From Auanema rhodensis (lineage: Eukaryota; Animalia; Nematoda): 64,000 nucleotides of DNA. Below are positions 50,101 through 64,000 of this stretch, piece after piece. Location of the stretch: the NCBI GenBank assembly GCA_964057225.1, contig OZ059900.1, positions 16,678,001-16,742,000 of the forward strand, given 5' to 3'. Positions within the stretch are counted from its first letter, which is position 1; each line of letters opens with the position of its first letter. Made by a program: the position numbers and the translations under genes. Below the pieces are notes generated by a model. The model saw nothing but the letters and a program-made list of their open reading frames with translations, made no database searches and was not told the origin of the DNA.

Positions 50101-53100
50101 AACGTCTAGTTCCACTTTCACGACAAAAAAACAGGGGTTAGAAAATTAAGGAAATTAGCATATTCTGAGGGCACGCCCCTTATGGCTAATATTGATTAAA
50201 TCGATTTTTGTTCATATGAGTCGTCAAATGCAACGAATTTCAGCGTGTTACATACTAAAATGAAGCATTTTACATGCTGAACACTAGAAGAATACAAAAA
50301 CACAGTATTTCCCATGAGAAATATTTTATTATGCTGGAAAACCAGTTTGTGGAAATTTCGCTGTAAACAAGGTTTTGACTTACGATTTCATGTGTTCAAA
50401 CTCATGCAATGTTAATGAAACCTAGCTCAAAATTGTTCGTACAACGTCTAGTTCCACTTTCACGACAAAAAAACAGGGGTTAGAAAATTAAGGAAATTAG
50501 CATATTCTGAGGGCACGCCCCTTATGGCTAATATTGATTAAATCGATTTTTGTTCATATGAGTCGTCAAATGCAACGAATTTCAGCGTGTTACATACTAA
50601 AATGAAGCATTTTACATGCTGAACACTAGAAAAATACAAAAACACAGTATTTCCCATGAGAAATATTTTATCATGCTGGAAAACCAGTTTTTGGAAATTT
50701 CGCTGTAAACAAGGTTTTGACTTACGATTTCATGTGTTCAAACTCATGCAATGTCAATGAAACCTAGCTCAAAATTGTTTGTACAACGTCTAGTTCCACT
50801 TTCACGACAAAAAAACAAGGGTTAGAAAATTAAGGAAATTAGCATATTCTGAGGGCACGCCCCTTATGGCTAATATTGATTAAATCGATTTTTGTTCATA
50901 TGAGTCGTCAAATGCAACGAATTTCAGCGTGTTACATACTAAAATGAAGCATTTTACATGCTGAACACTAGAAGAATACAAAAACACAGTATTTCCCATG
51001 AGAAATATTTTATTATGCTGGAAAACCAGTTTGTGGAAATTTCGCTGTAAACAAGGTTTTGACTTACGATTTCATGTGTTCAAACTCATGCAATGTTAAT
51101 GAAACCTAGCTCAAAATTGTTCGTACAACGTCTAGTTCCACTTTCACGACAAAAAAACAGGGGTTAGAAAATTAAGGAAATTAGCATATTCTGAGGGCAC
51201 GCCCCTTATGGCTAATATTGATTAAATCGATTTTTGTTCATATGAGTCGTCAAATGCAACGAATTTCAGCGTGTTACATACTAAAATGAAGCATTTTACA
51301 TGCTGAACACTAGAAAAATACAAAAACACAGTATTTCTCATGAAAAATATTTTATTATGCTGGAAAACCAGTTTTTGGAAATTTCGCTGTAAACAAGGTT
51401 TTGACTTACGATTTCATGTGTTCAAACTCATGCAATGTCAATGAAACCTAGCTCAAAATTGTTCGTACAACGTCTAGTTCCACTTTCACGACAAAAAAAC
51501 AGGGGTTAGAAAATTAAGGAAATTAGCATATTCTGAGGGCACGCCCCTTATGGCTAATATTGATTAAATCGATTTTTGTTCATATGAGTCGTCAAATGCA
51601 ACGAATTTCAGCGTGTTACATACTAAAATGAAGCATTTTACATGCTGAACACTAGAAAAATACAAAAACACAGTATTTCCCATGAGAAATATTTTATTAT
51701 GCTGGAAAACCAGTTTTTGGAAATTTCGCTGTAAACAAGGTTTTGACTTACGATTTCATGTGTTCAAACTCATGCAATGTCAATGAAACCTAGCTCAAAA
51801 TTGTTCGTACAACGTCTAGTTCCACTTTCACGACAAAAAAACAGGGGTTAGAAAATTAAGGAAATTAGCATATTCTGAGGGCACGCCCCTTATGGCTAAT
51901 ATTGATTAAATCGATTTTTGTTCATATAAGTCGTCAAATGCAACGAATTTCAGCGTGTTACATACTAAAATGAAGCATTTTACATGCTGAACACTAGAAA
52001 AATACAAAAACACAGTATTTCCCATGAGAAATATTTTATTATGCTGGAAAACCAGTTTTTGGAAATTTCGCTGTAAACAAGGTTTTGACTTACGATTTCA
52101 TGTGTTCAAAGTCATGCAATGTCAATGAAACCTAGCTCAAAATTGTTCGTACAACGTCTAGTTCCACTTTCACGACAAAAAAACAGGGGTTAGAAAATTA
52201 AGGAAATTAGCATATTCTGAGGGCACGCCCCTTATGGCTAATATTGATTAAATCGATTTTTGTTCATATGAGTCGTCAAATGCAACGAATTTCAGCGTGT
52301 TACATACTAAAATGAAGCATTTTACATGCTGAACACTAGAAGAATACAAAAACACAGTATTTCCCATGAGAAATATTTTATTATGCTGGAAAACCAGTTT
52401 TTGGAAATTTCGCTGTAAACAAGGTTTTGACTTACGATTTCATGTGTTCAAACTCATGCAATGTCAATGAAACCTAGCTCAAAATTGTTCGTACAACGTC
52501 TAGTTCCACTTTCACGACAAAAAAACAGGGGTTAGAAAATTAAGGAAATTAGCATATTCTGAGGGCACGCCCCTTATGACTAATATTGATTAAATCGATT
52601 TTTGTTCATATGAGTCGTCAAATGCAACGAATTTCAGCGTGTTATATACTAAAATGAAGCATTTTACATGCTGAACACTAGAAAAATACAAAAACACAGT
52701 ATTTCCCATGAGAAATATTTTATCATGCTGGAAAACCAGTTTTTCGAAATTTCGCTGTAAACAAGGTTTTGACTTACGATTTCATGTGTTCAAACTCATG
52801 CAATGTCAATGAAACCTAGCTCAAAATTGTTCGTACAACGTCTAGTTCCACTTTCACGACAAAAAAACAGGGGTTAGAAAATTAAGGAAATTAGCATATT
52901 CTGAGGGCACGCCCCTTATGGCTAATATTGATTAAATCGATTTTTGTTCATATGAGTCGTCAAATGCAACGAATTTCAGCGTGTTACATACTAAAATGAA
53001 GCATTTTACATGCTGAACACTAGAAGAATACAAAAACACAGTATTTCCCATGAGAAATATTTTATTATGCTGGAAAACCAGTTTTTGGAAATTTCGCTGT

Positions 53101-56100
53101 AAACAAGGTTTTGACTTACGATTTCATGTGTTCAAACTCATGCAATGTCAATGAAACCTAGCTCAAAATTGTTCGTACAACGTCTAGTTCCACTTTCACG
53201 ACAAAAAAACAGGGGTTAGAAAATTAAGGAAATTAGCATATTCTGAGGGCACGCCCCTTATGGCTAATATTGATTAAATCGATTTTTGTTCATATGAGTC
53301 GTCAAATGCAACGAATTTCAGCGTGTTACATACTAAAATGAAGCATTTTACATGCTGAACACTAGAAAAATACAAAAACACAGTATTTCCCATGAGAAAT
53401 ATTTTATCATGCTGGAAAACCAGTTTTTGGAAATTTCGCTGTAAACAAGGTTTTGACTTACGATTTCATGTGTTCAAACTCATGCAATGTCAATGAAACC
53501 TAGCTCAAAATTGTTTGTACAACGTCTAGTTCCACTTTCACGACAAAAAAACAAGGGTTAGAAAATTAAGGAAATTAGCATATTCTGAGGGCACGCCCCT
53601 TATGGCTAATATTGATTAAATCGATTTTTGTTCATATGAGTCGTCAAATGCAACGAATTTCAGCGTGTTACAAACTAAAATGAAGCATTTTACATGCTGA
53701 ACACTAGAAGAATACAAAAACACAGTATTTCCCATGAGAAATATTTTATTATGCTGGAAAACCAGTTTGTGGAAATTTCGCTGTAAACAAGGTTTTGACT
53801 TACGATTTCATGTGTTCAAACTCATGCAATGTCAATGAAACCTAGCTCAAAATTGTTCGTACAACGTCTAGTTCCACTTTCACGACAAAAAAACAGGGGT
53901 TAGAAAATTAAGGAAATTAGCATATTCTGAGGGCACGCCCCTTATGGCTAATATTGATTAAATCGATTTTTGTTCATATGAGTCGTCAAATGCAACGAAT
54001 TTCAGCGTGTTACATACTAAAATGAAGCATTTTACATGCTGAACACTAGAAAAATACAAAAACACAGTATTTCCCATGAGAAATATTTTATCATGCTGGA
54101 AAACCAGTTTTTGGAAATTTCGCTGTAAACAAGGTTTTGACTTACGATTTCATGTGTTCAAACTCATGCAATGTCAATGAAACCTAGCTCAAAATTGTTT
54201 GTACAACGTCTAGTTCCACTTTCACGACAAAAAAACAGGGGTTAGAAAATTAAGGAAATTAGCATATTCTGAGGGCACGCCCCTTATGGCTAATATTGAT
54301 TAAATCGATTTTTGTTCATATGAGTCGTCAAATGCAACGAATTTCAGCGTGTTACAAACTAAAATGAAGCATTTTACATGCTGAACACTAGAAAAATACA
54401 AAAACACAGTGTTTCCCATGAGAAATATTTTATTATGCTGGAAAACCAGTTTTTGGAAATTTCGCTGTAAACAAGGTTTTGACTTACGATTTCATGTGTT
54501 CAAACTCATGCAACGTCAATGAAACCTAGCTCAAAATTGTTCGTACAACGTCTATTTCCACTTTCACGACAAAAAAACAGGGGTTAGAAAATTAAGGAAA
54601 TTAGCATATTCTGAGGGCACGCCCCTTATGGCTAATATTGATTAAATCGATTTTTGTTCATATGAGTCGTCAAATGCAACGAATTTCAGCGTGTTACACA
54701 CTAAAATGAAGCATTTCACATGCTGAACACTAGAAAAATACAAAAACACAGTATTTCCCATGAGAAATATTTTATTATGCTGGAAAACCAGTTTTTGGAA
54801 ATTTCGCTGTAAACAAGGTTTTGACTTACGATTTCATGTGTTCAAACTCATGCAATGTCAATGAAACCTAGCTCAAAATTGTTCGTACAACGTCTAGTTC
54901 CACTTTCACGACAAAAAAACAGGGGTTAGAAAATTAAGGAAATTAGCATATTCTGAGGGCACGCCCCTTATGGCTAATATTGATTAAATCGATTTTTGTT
55001 CATATGAGTCGTCAAATGCAACGAATTTCAGCGTGTTACAAACTAAAATGAAGCATTTTACATGCTGAACACTAGAAAAATACAAAAACACAGTGTTTCC
55101 CATGAGAAATATTTTATTATGCTGGAAAACCAGTTTTTGGAAATTTCGCTGTAAACAAGGTTTTGACTTACGATTTCATGTGTTCAAACTCATGCAATGT
55201 CAATGAAACCTAGCTCAAAATTGTTCGTACAACGTCTAGTTCCACTTTCACGACAAAAAAACAGGGGTTAGAAAATTAAGGAAATTAGCATATTCTGAGG
55301 GCACGCCCCTTATGGCTAATATTGATTAAATCGATTTTTGTTCATATGAGTCGTCAAATGCAACGAATTTCAGCGTGTTACATACTAAAATGAAGCATTT
55401 TACATGCTGAACACTAGAAGAATACAAAAACACAGTATTTCCCATGAGAAATATTTTATTATGCTGGAAAACCAGTTTGTGGAAATTTCGCTGTAAACAA
55501 GGTTTTGACTTACGATTTCATGTGTTCAAACTCATGCAATGTTAATGAAACCTAGCTCAAAATTGTTCGTACAACGTCTAGTTCCACTTTCACGACAAAA
55601 AAACAGGGGTTAGAAAATTAAGGAAATTAGCATATTCTGAGGGCACGCCCCTTATGGCTAATATTGATTAAATCGATTTTTGTTCATATGAGTCGTCAAA
55701 TGCAACGAATTTCAGCGTGTTACATACTAAAATGAAGCATTTTACATGCTGAACACTAGAAAAATACAAAAACACAGTATTTCTCATGAAAAATATTTTA
55801 TTATGCTGGAAAACCAGTTTTTGGAAATTTCGCTGTAAACAAGGTTTTGACTTACGATTTCATGTGTTCAAACTCATGCAATGTCAATGAAACCTAGCTC
55901 AAAATTGTTCGTACAACGTCTAGTTCCACTTTCACGACAAAAAAACAGGGGTTAGAAAATTAAGGAAATTAGCATATTCTGAGGGCACGCCCCTTATGGC
56001 TAATATTGATTAAATCGATTTTTGTTCATATGAGTCGTCAAATGCAACGAATTTCAGCGTGTTACATACTAAAATGAAGCATTTTACATGCTGAACACTA

Positions 56101-58741
56101 GAAAAATACAAAAACACAGTATTTCCCATGAGAAATATTTTATTATGCTGGAAAACCAGTTTTTGGAAATTTCGCTGTAAACAAGGTTTTGACTTACGAT
56201 TTCATGTGTTCAAACTCATGCAATGTCAATGAAACCTAGCTCAAAATTGTTCGTACAACGTCTAGTTCCACTTTCACGACAAAAAAACAGGGGTTAGAAA
56301 ATTAAGGAAATTAGCATATTCTGAGGGCACGCCCCTTATGGCTAATATTGATTAAATCGATTTTTGTTCATATGAGTCGTCAAATGCAACGAATTTCAGC
56401 GTGTTACATACTAAAATGAAGCATTTTACATGCTGAACACTAGAAGAATACAAAAACACAGTATTTCCCATGAGAAATATTTTATTATGCTGGAAAACCA
56501 GTTTGTGGAAATTTCGCTGTAAACAAGGTTTTGACTTACGATTTCATGTGTTCAAACTCATGCAATGTTAATGAAACCTAGCTCAAAATTGTTCGTACAA
56601 CGTCTAGTTCCACTTTCACGACAAAAAAACAGGGGTTAGAAAATTAAGGAAATTAGCATATTCTGAGGGCACGCCCCTTATGGCTAATATTGATTAAATC
56701 GATTTTTGTTCATATGAGTCGTCAAATGCAACGAATTTCAGCGTGTTACATACTAAAATGAAGCATTTTACATGCTGAACACTAGAAAAATACAAAAACA
56801 CAGTATTTCCCATGAGAAATATTTTATCATGCTGGAAAACCAGTTTTTGGAAATTTCGCTGTAAACAAGGTTTTGACTTACGATTTCATGTGTTCAAACT
56901 CATGCAATGTCAATGAAACCTAGCTCAAAATTGTTTGTACAACGTCTAGTTCCACTTTCACGACAAAAAAACAAGGGTTAGAAAATTAAGGAAATTAGCA
57001 TATTCTGAGGGCACGCCCCTTATGGCTAATATTGATTAAATCGATTTTTGTTCATATGAGTCGTCAAATGCAACGAATTTCAGCGTGTTACATACTAAAA
57101 TGAAGCATTTTACATGCTGAACACTAGAAGAATACAAAAACACAGTATTTCCCATGAGAAATATTTTATTATGCTGGAAAACCAGTTTGTGGAAATTTCG
57201 CTGTAAACAAGGTTTTGACTTACGATTTCATGTGTTCAAACTCATGCAATGTTAATGAAACCTAGCTCAAAATTGTTCGTACAACGTCTAGTTCCACTTT
57301 CACGACAAAAAAACAGGGGTTAGAAAATTAAGGAAATTAGCATATTCTGAGGGCACGCCCCTTATGGCTAATATTGATTAAATCGATTTTTGTTCATATG
57401 AGTCGTCAAATGCAACGAATTTCAGCGTGTTACATACTAAAATGAAGCATTTTACATGCTGAACACTAGAAAAATACAAAAACACAGTATTTCTCATGAA
57501 AAATATTTTATTATGCTGGAAAACCAGTTTTTGGAAATTTCGCTGTAAACAAGGTTTTGACTTACGATTTCATGTGTTCAAACTCATGCAATGTCAATGA
57601 AACCTAGCTCAAAATTGTTCGTACAACGTCTAGTTCCACTTTCACGACAAAAAAACAGGGGTTAGAAAATTAAGGAAATTAGCATATTCTGAGGGCACGC
57701 CCCTTATGGCTAATATTGATTAAATCGATTTTTGTTCATATGAGTCGTCAAATGCAACGAATTTCAGCGTGTTACATACTAAAATGAAGCATTTTACATG
57801 CTGAACACTAGAAAAATACAAAAACACAGTATTTCCCATGAGAAATATTTTATTATGCTGGAAAACCAGTTTTTGGAAATTTCGCTGTAAACAAGGTTTT
57901 GACTTACGATTTCATGTGTTCAAACTCATGCAATGTCAATGAAACCTAGCTCAAAATTGTTCGTACAACGTCTAGTTCCACTTTCACGACAAAAAAACAG
58001 GGGTTAGAAAATTAAGGAAATTAGCATATTCTGAGGGCACGCCCCTTATGGCTAATATTGATTAAATCGATTTTTGTTCATATAAGTCGTCAAATGCAAC
58101 GAATTTCAGCGTGTTACATACTAAAATGAAGCATTTTACATGCTGAACACTAGAAAAATACAAAAACACAGTATTTCCCATGAGAAATATTTTATTATGC
58201 TGGAAAACCAGTTTTTGGAAATTTCGCTGTAAACAAGGTTTTGACTTACGATTTCATGTGTTCAAAGTCATGCAATGTCAATGAAACCTAGCTCAAAATT
58301 GTTCGTACAACGTCTAGTTCCACTTTCACGACAAAAAAACAGGGGTTAGAAAATTAAGGAAATTAGCATATTCTGAGGGCACGCCCCTTATGGCTAATAT
58401 TGATTAAATCGATTTTTGTTCATATGAGTCGTCAAATGCAACGAATTTCAGCGTGTTACATACTAAAATGAAGCATTTTACATGCTGAACACTAGAAGAA
58501 TACAAAAACACAGTATTTCCCATGAGAAATATTTTATTATGCTGGAAAACCAGTTTTTGGAAATTTCGCTGTAAACAAGGTTTTGACTTACGATTTCATG
58601 TGTTCAAACTCATGCAATGTCAATGAAACCTAGCTCAAAATTGTTCGTACAACGTCTAGTTCCACTTTCACGACAAAAAAACAGGGGTTAGAAAATTAAG
58701 GAAATTAGCATATTCTGAGGGCACGCCCCTTATGACTAATA
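47114..58741 (+). repeat. Block duplication of at least 16 monomers at a 6156-bp (18-monomer) offset: 47114-52585 = 53270-58741
   Basis: Same ordered SNP pattern in both copies, including CATATAAG+AAAGTCAT (monomers at 51902/58058), TATGACTAA (52244/58400), TTCTCATGAAAA and TGTTAATG types. Confidence 0.92.
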
Positions 58742-61700
58742 TTGATTAAATCGATTTTTGTTCATATGAGTTGTCAAATGCAACGAATTTCAGCGTGTTA
58801 CACATTAAAATGAAGCATTTTACATTCTGAACACTAGAAAAATACAAAAACACAGTATTTCCCATGAGAAATATTTTATCATGCTGGAAAACCAGTTTTT
58901 GGAAATTTCGCTGTAAACAAGGTTTTGACTTACGATTTCATGTGTTCAAACTCATGCAATGTCAATGAAACCTAGCTCAAAATTGTTTGTACAACGTCTA
59001 GTTCCACTTTCACGACAAAAAAACAGGGGTTAGAAAATTAAGGAAATTAGCATATTCTGAGGGCACGCCCCTTATGGCTAATATTGATTAAATCGATTTT
59101 TGTTCATATGAGTCGTCAAATGCAACGAATTTCAGCGTGTTACAAACTAAAATGAAGCATTTTACATGCTGAACACTAGAAAAATACAAAAACACAGTGT
59201 TTCCCATGAGAAATATTTTATTATGCTGGAAAACCAGTTTTTGGAAATTTCGCTGTAAACAAGGTTTTGACTTACGATTTCATGTGTTCAAACTCATGCA
59301 ACGTCAATGAAACCTAGCTCAAAATTGTTCGTACAACGTCTAGTTCCACTTTCACGACAAAAAAACAGGGGTTAGAAAATTAAGGAAATTAGCATATTCT
59401 GAGGGCACGCCCCTTATGGCTAATATTGATTAAATCGATTTTTGTTCATATGAGTCGTCAAATGCAACGAATTTCAGCGTGTTACATACTAAAATGAAGC
59501 ATTTTACATGCTGAACACTAGAAAAATACAAAAACACAGTATTTCCCATGAGAAATATTTTATCATGCTGGAAAACCAGTTTTTGGAAATTTCGCTGTAA
59601 ACAAGGTTTTGACTTACGATTTCATGTGTTCAAACTCATGCAATGTCAATGAAACCTAGCTCAAAATTGTTTGTACAACGTCTAGTTCCACTTTCACGAC
59701 AAAAAAACAGGGGTTAGAAAATTAAGGAAATTAGCATATTCTGAGGGCACGCCCCTTATGGCTAATATTGATTAAATCGATTTTTGTTCATATGAGTCGT
59801 CAAATGCAACGAATTTCAGCGTGTTACACATTAAAATGAAGCATTTTACATGCTGAACACTAGAAAAATACAAAAACACAGTATTTCCCATGAGAAATAT
59901 TTTATCATGCTGGAAAACCAGTTTTTGGAAATTTCGCTGTAAACAAGGTTTTGACTTACGATTTCATGTGTTCAAACTCATGCAACGTCAATGAAACCTA
60001 GCTCAAAATTGTTCGTACAACGTCTAGTTCCACTTTCACGACAAGAAAACAGGGGTTAGAAAATTAAGGAAATTAGCATATTCTGAGGGCACGCCCCTTA
60101 TGGCTAATATTGATTAAATCGATTTTTGTTCATATGAGTCGTCAAATGCAACGAATTTCAGCGTGTTACACACTAAAATGAAGCATTTCACATGCTGAAC
60201 ACTAGAAAAATACAAAAACACAGTATTTCCCATGAGAAATATTTTATTATGCTGGAAAACCAGTTTTTGGAAATTTCGCTGTAAACAAGGTTTTGACTTA
60301 CGATTTCATGTGTTCAAACTCATGCAATGTCAATGAAACCTAGCTCAAAATTGTTCGTACAACGTCTAGTTCCACTTTCACGACAAAAAAACAGGGGTTA
60401 GAAAATTAAGGAAATTAGCATATTCTGAGGGCACGCCCCTTATGGCTAATATTGATTAAATCGATTTTTGTTCATATGAGTCGTCAAATGCAACGAATTT
60501 CAGCGTGTTACAAACTAAAATGAAGCATTTTACATGCTGAACACTAGAAAAATACAAAAACACAGTGTTTCCCATGAGAAATATTTTATTATGCTGGAAA
60601 ACCAGTTTTTGGAAATTTCGCTGTAAACAAGGTTTTGACTTACGATTTCATGTGTTCAAACTCATGCAATGTCAATGAAACCTAGCTCAAAATTGTTCGT
60701 ACAACGTCTAGTTCCACTTTCACGACAAAAAAACAGGGGTTAGAAAATTAAGGAAATTAGCATATTCTGAGGGCACGCCCCTTATGGCTAATATTGATTA
60801 AATCGATTTTTGTTCATATGAGTCGTCAAATGCAACGAATTTCAGCGTGTTACATACTAAAATGAAGCATTTTACATGCTGAACACTAGAAAAATACAAA
60901 AACACAGTATTCCCCATGAGAAATATTTTATTATGCTGGAAAACCAGTTTTTGGAAATTTCGCTGTAAACAAGGTTTTGACTTACGATTTCATGTGTTCA
61001 AACTCATGCAATGTCAATGAAACCTAGCTCAAAATTGTTCGTACAACGTCTAGTTCCACTTTCACGACAAAAAAACAGGGGTTAGAAAATTAAGGAAATT
61101 AGCATATTCTGAGGGCACGCCCCTTATGGCTAATATTGATTAAATCGATTTTTGTTCATATGAGTCGTCAAATGCAACGAATTTCAGCGTGTTACATACT
61201 AAAATGAAGCATTTTACATGCTGAACACTAGAAAAATACAAAAACACAGTATTTCCCATGAGAAATATTTTATCATGCTGGAAAACCAGTTTTTGGAAAT
61301 TTCGCTGTAAACAAGGTTTTGACTTACGATTTCATGTGTTCAAACTCATGCAATGTCAATGAAACCTAGCTCAAAATTGTTCGTACAACGTCTAGTTCCA
61401 CTTTCACGACAAAAAAACAGGGGTTAGAAAATTAAGGAAATTAGCATATTCTGAGGGCACGCCCCTTATGGCTAATATTGATTAAATCGATTTTTGTTCA
61501 TATGAGTCGTCAAATGCAACGAATTTCAGCGTGTTACACATTAAAATGAAGCATTTTACATTCTGAACACTAGAAAAATACAAAAACACAGTATTTCCCA
61601 TGAGAAATATTTTATCATGCTGGAAAACCAGTTTTTGGAAATTTCGCTGTAAACAAGGTTTTGACTTACGATTTCATGTGTTCAAACTCATGCAATGTCA

Positions 61701-64000
61701 ATGAAACCTAGCTCAAAATTGTTTGTACAACGTCTAGTTCCACTTTCACGACAAAAAAACAGGGGTTAGAAAATTAAGGAAATTAGCATATTCTGAGGGC
61801 ACGCCCCTTATGGCTAATATTGATTAAATCGATTTTTGTTCATATGAGTCGTCAAATGCAACGAATTTCAGCGTGTTACAAACTAAAATGAAGCATTTTA
61901 CATGCTGAACACTAGAAAAATACAAAAACACAGTGTTTCCCATGAGAAATATTTTATTATGCTGGAAAACCAGTTTTTGGAAATTTCGCTGTAAACAAGG
62001 TTTTGACTTACGATTTCATGTGTTCAAACTCATGCAACGTCAATGAAACCTAGCTCAAAATTGTTCGTACAACGTCTAGTTCAACTTTCACGACAAAAAA
62101 ACAGGGGTTAGAAAATTAAGGAAATTAGCATATTCTGAGGGCACGCCCCTTATGGCTAATATTGATTAAATCGATTTTTGTTCATATGAGTCGTCAAATG
62201 CAACGAATTTCAGCGTGTTACATACTAAAATGAAGCATTTTACATGCTGAACACTAGAAAAATACAAAAACACAGTATTTCCCATGAGAAATATTTTATC
62301 ATGCTGGAAAACCAGTTTTTGGAAATTTCGCTGTAAACAAGGTTTTGACTTACGATTTCATGTGTTCAAACTCATGCAATGTCAATGAAACCTAGCTCAA
62401 AATTGTTTGTACAACGTCTAGTTCCACTTTCACGACAAAAAAACAGGGGTTAGAAAATTAAGGAAATTAGCATATTCTGAGGGCACGCCCCTTATGGCCA
62501 ATATTGATTAAATCGATTTTTGTTCATATGAGTCGTCAAATGCAACGAATTTCAGCGTGTTACACATTAAAATGAAGCATTTTACATGCTGAACACTAGA
62601 AAAATACAAAAACACAGTATTTCCCATGAGAAATATTTTATCATGCTGGAAAACCAGTTTTTGGAAATTTCGCTGTAAACAAGGTTTTGACTTACGATTT
62701 CATGTGTTCAAACTCATGCAATGTCAATGAAACCTAGCTCAAAATTGTTTGTACAACGTCTAGTTCCACTTTCACGACAAAAAAACAGGGGTTAGAAAAT
62801 TAAGGAAATTAGCATATTCTGAGGGCACGCCCCTTATGGCTAATATTGATTAAATCGATTTTTGTTCATATGAGTCGTCAAATGCAACGAATTTCAGCGT
62901 GTTACAAACTAAAATGAAGCATTTTACATGCTGAACACTAGAAAAATACAAAAACACAGTGTTTCCCATGAGAAATATTTTATTATGCTGGAAAACCAGT
63001 TTTTGGAAATTTCGCTGTAAACAAGGTTTTGACTTACGATTTCATGTGTTCAAACTCATGCAACGTCAATGAAACCTAGCTCAAAATTGTTCGTACAACG
63101 TCTATTTCCACTTTCACGACAAAAAAACAGGGGTTAGAAAATTAAGGAAATTAGCATATTCTGAGGGCACGCCCCTTATGGCTAATATTGATTAAATCGA
63201 TTTTTGTTCATATGAGTCGTCAAATGCAACGAATTTCAGCGTGTTACACACTAAAATGAAGCATTTTACATTCTGAACACTAGAAAAATACAAAAACACA
63301 GTATTTCCCATGAGAAATATTTTATCATGCTGGAAAACCAGTTTTTGGAAATTTCGCTGTAAACAAGGTTTTGACTTACGATTTCATGTGTTCAAACTCA
63401 TGCAATGTCAATGAAACCTAGCTCAAAATTGTTTGTACAACGTCTAGTTCCACTTTCACGACAAAAAAACAGGGGTTAGAAAATTAAGGAAATTAGCATA
63501 TTCTGAGGGCACGCCCCTTATGGCTAATATTGATTAAATCGATTTTTGTTCATATGAGTCGTCAAATGCAACGAATTTCAGCGTGTTACAAACTAAAATG
63601 AAGCATTTTACATGCTGAACACTAGAAAAATACAAAAACACAGTGTTTCCCATGAGAAATATTTTATTATGCTGGAAAACCAGTTTTTGGAAATTTCGCT
63701 GTAAACAAGGTTTTGACTTACGATTTCATGTGTTCAAACTCATGCAACGTCAATGAAACCTAGCTCAAAATTGTTCGTACAACGTCTAGTTCAACTTTCA
63801 CGACAAAAAAACAGGGGTTACAAAATTAAGGAAATTAGCATATTCTGAGGGCACGCCCCTTATGGCTAATATTGATTAAATCGATTTTTGTTCATATGAG
63901 TCGTCAAATGCAACGAATTTCAGCGTGTTACATACTAAAATGAAGCATTTTACATGCTGAACACTAGAAAAATACAAAAACACAGTATTTCCCATGAGAA

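Larger units (their letters stand above)
1..64000. repeat. Satellite DNA array: 342-bp monomer, 187 full copies plus one partial, head-to-tail, about 98-100% identical to consensus
   Basis: TTGATTAAATCGATTTTTG recurs at 1, 343, 685 and onward; position 3421 (10x342+1) is in the same register as position 1. Monomer starts were tracked to 63872. The bookkeeping 187x342 -76 -3 -5 +1 = 63871 matches exactly. No non-satellite sequence seen. Confidence 0.99.

Noticed and set aside
1-64000. CRISPR array or other repeat-spacer system
   Set aside because: There are no unique spacers; the whole 342-bp unit is repeated, and there are no cas or other genes.
1-64000. Monomer SNP order as a functional code
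   Set aside because: The patterns are adequately explained by nested duplication, deletion and conversion; nothing in the sequence indicates information-bearing function.

Overview
The whole 64,000-bp window is one uninterrupted, head-to-tail, single-orientation tandem array of a 342-bp AT-rich monomer (about 34% GC by hand count). It holds 187 complete monomers plus a 129-bp partial copy at the right edge, and both window ends lie inside the array. Monomers usually differ from the consensus at 0-7 positions (about 98% identity or better). Length variants are rare: one 76-bp deletion, one 3-bp deletion, five 1-bp deletions and one 1-bp insertion. I see no genes, RNA genes, transposons, CRISPR spacers or inversions. 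The three listed ORFs arise from single substitutions that remove a stop codon. The window looks like a recently homogenised eukaryotic satellite array, possibly centromeric or pericentromeric; I do not recognise the family or species. I found no protein-coding system. The interesting structure is (i) inside the monomer: a 16-bp bulged inverted repeat, several short palindromes, a CENP-B-box-like 17-mer and a weak 171-bp half-repeat; and (ii) in the order of SNP-defined monomer types: a cryptic 5-mer higher-order repeat, block duplications with 7-, 15- and 18-monomer offsets, chimeric monomers, and a central variant layer inside related flanks. Notation: mX = position X in the monomer, with window 1-342 as reference; M# = monomer number. 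All typing was done by eye and should be confirmed computationally.
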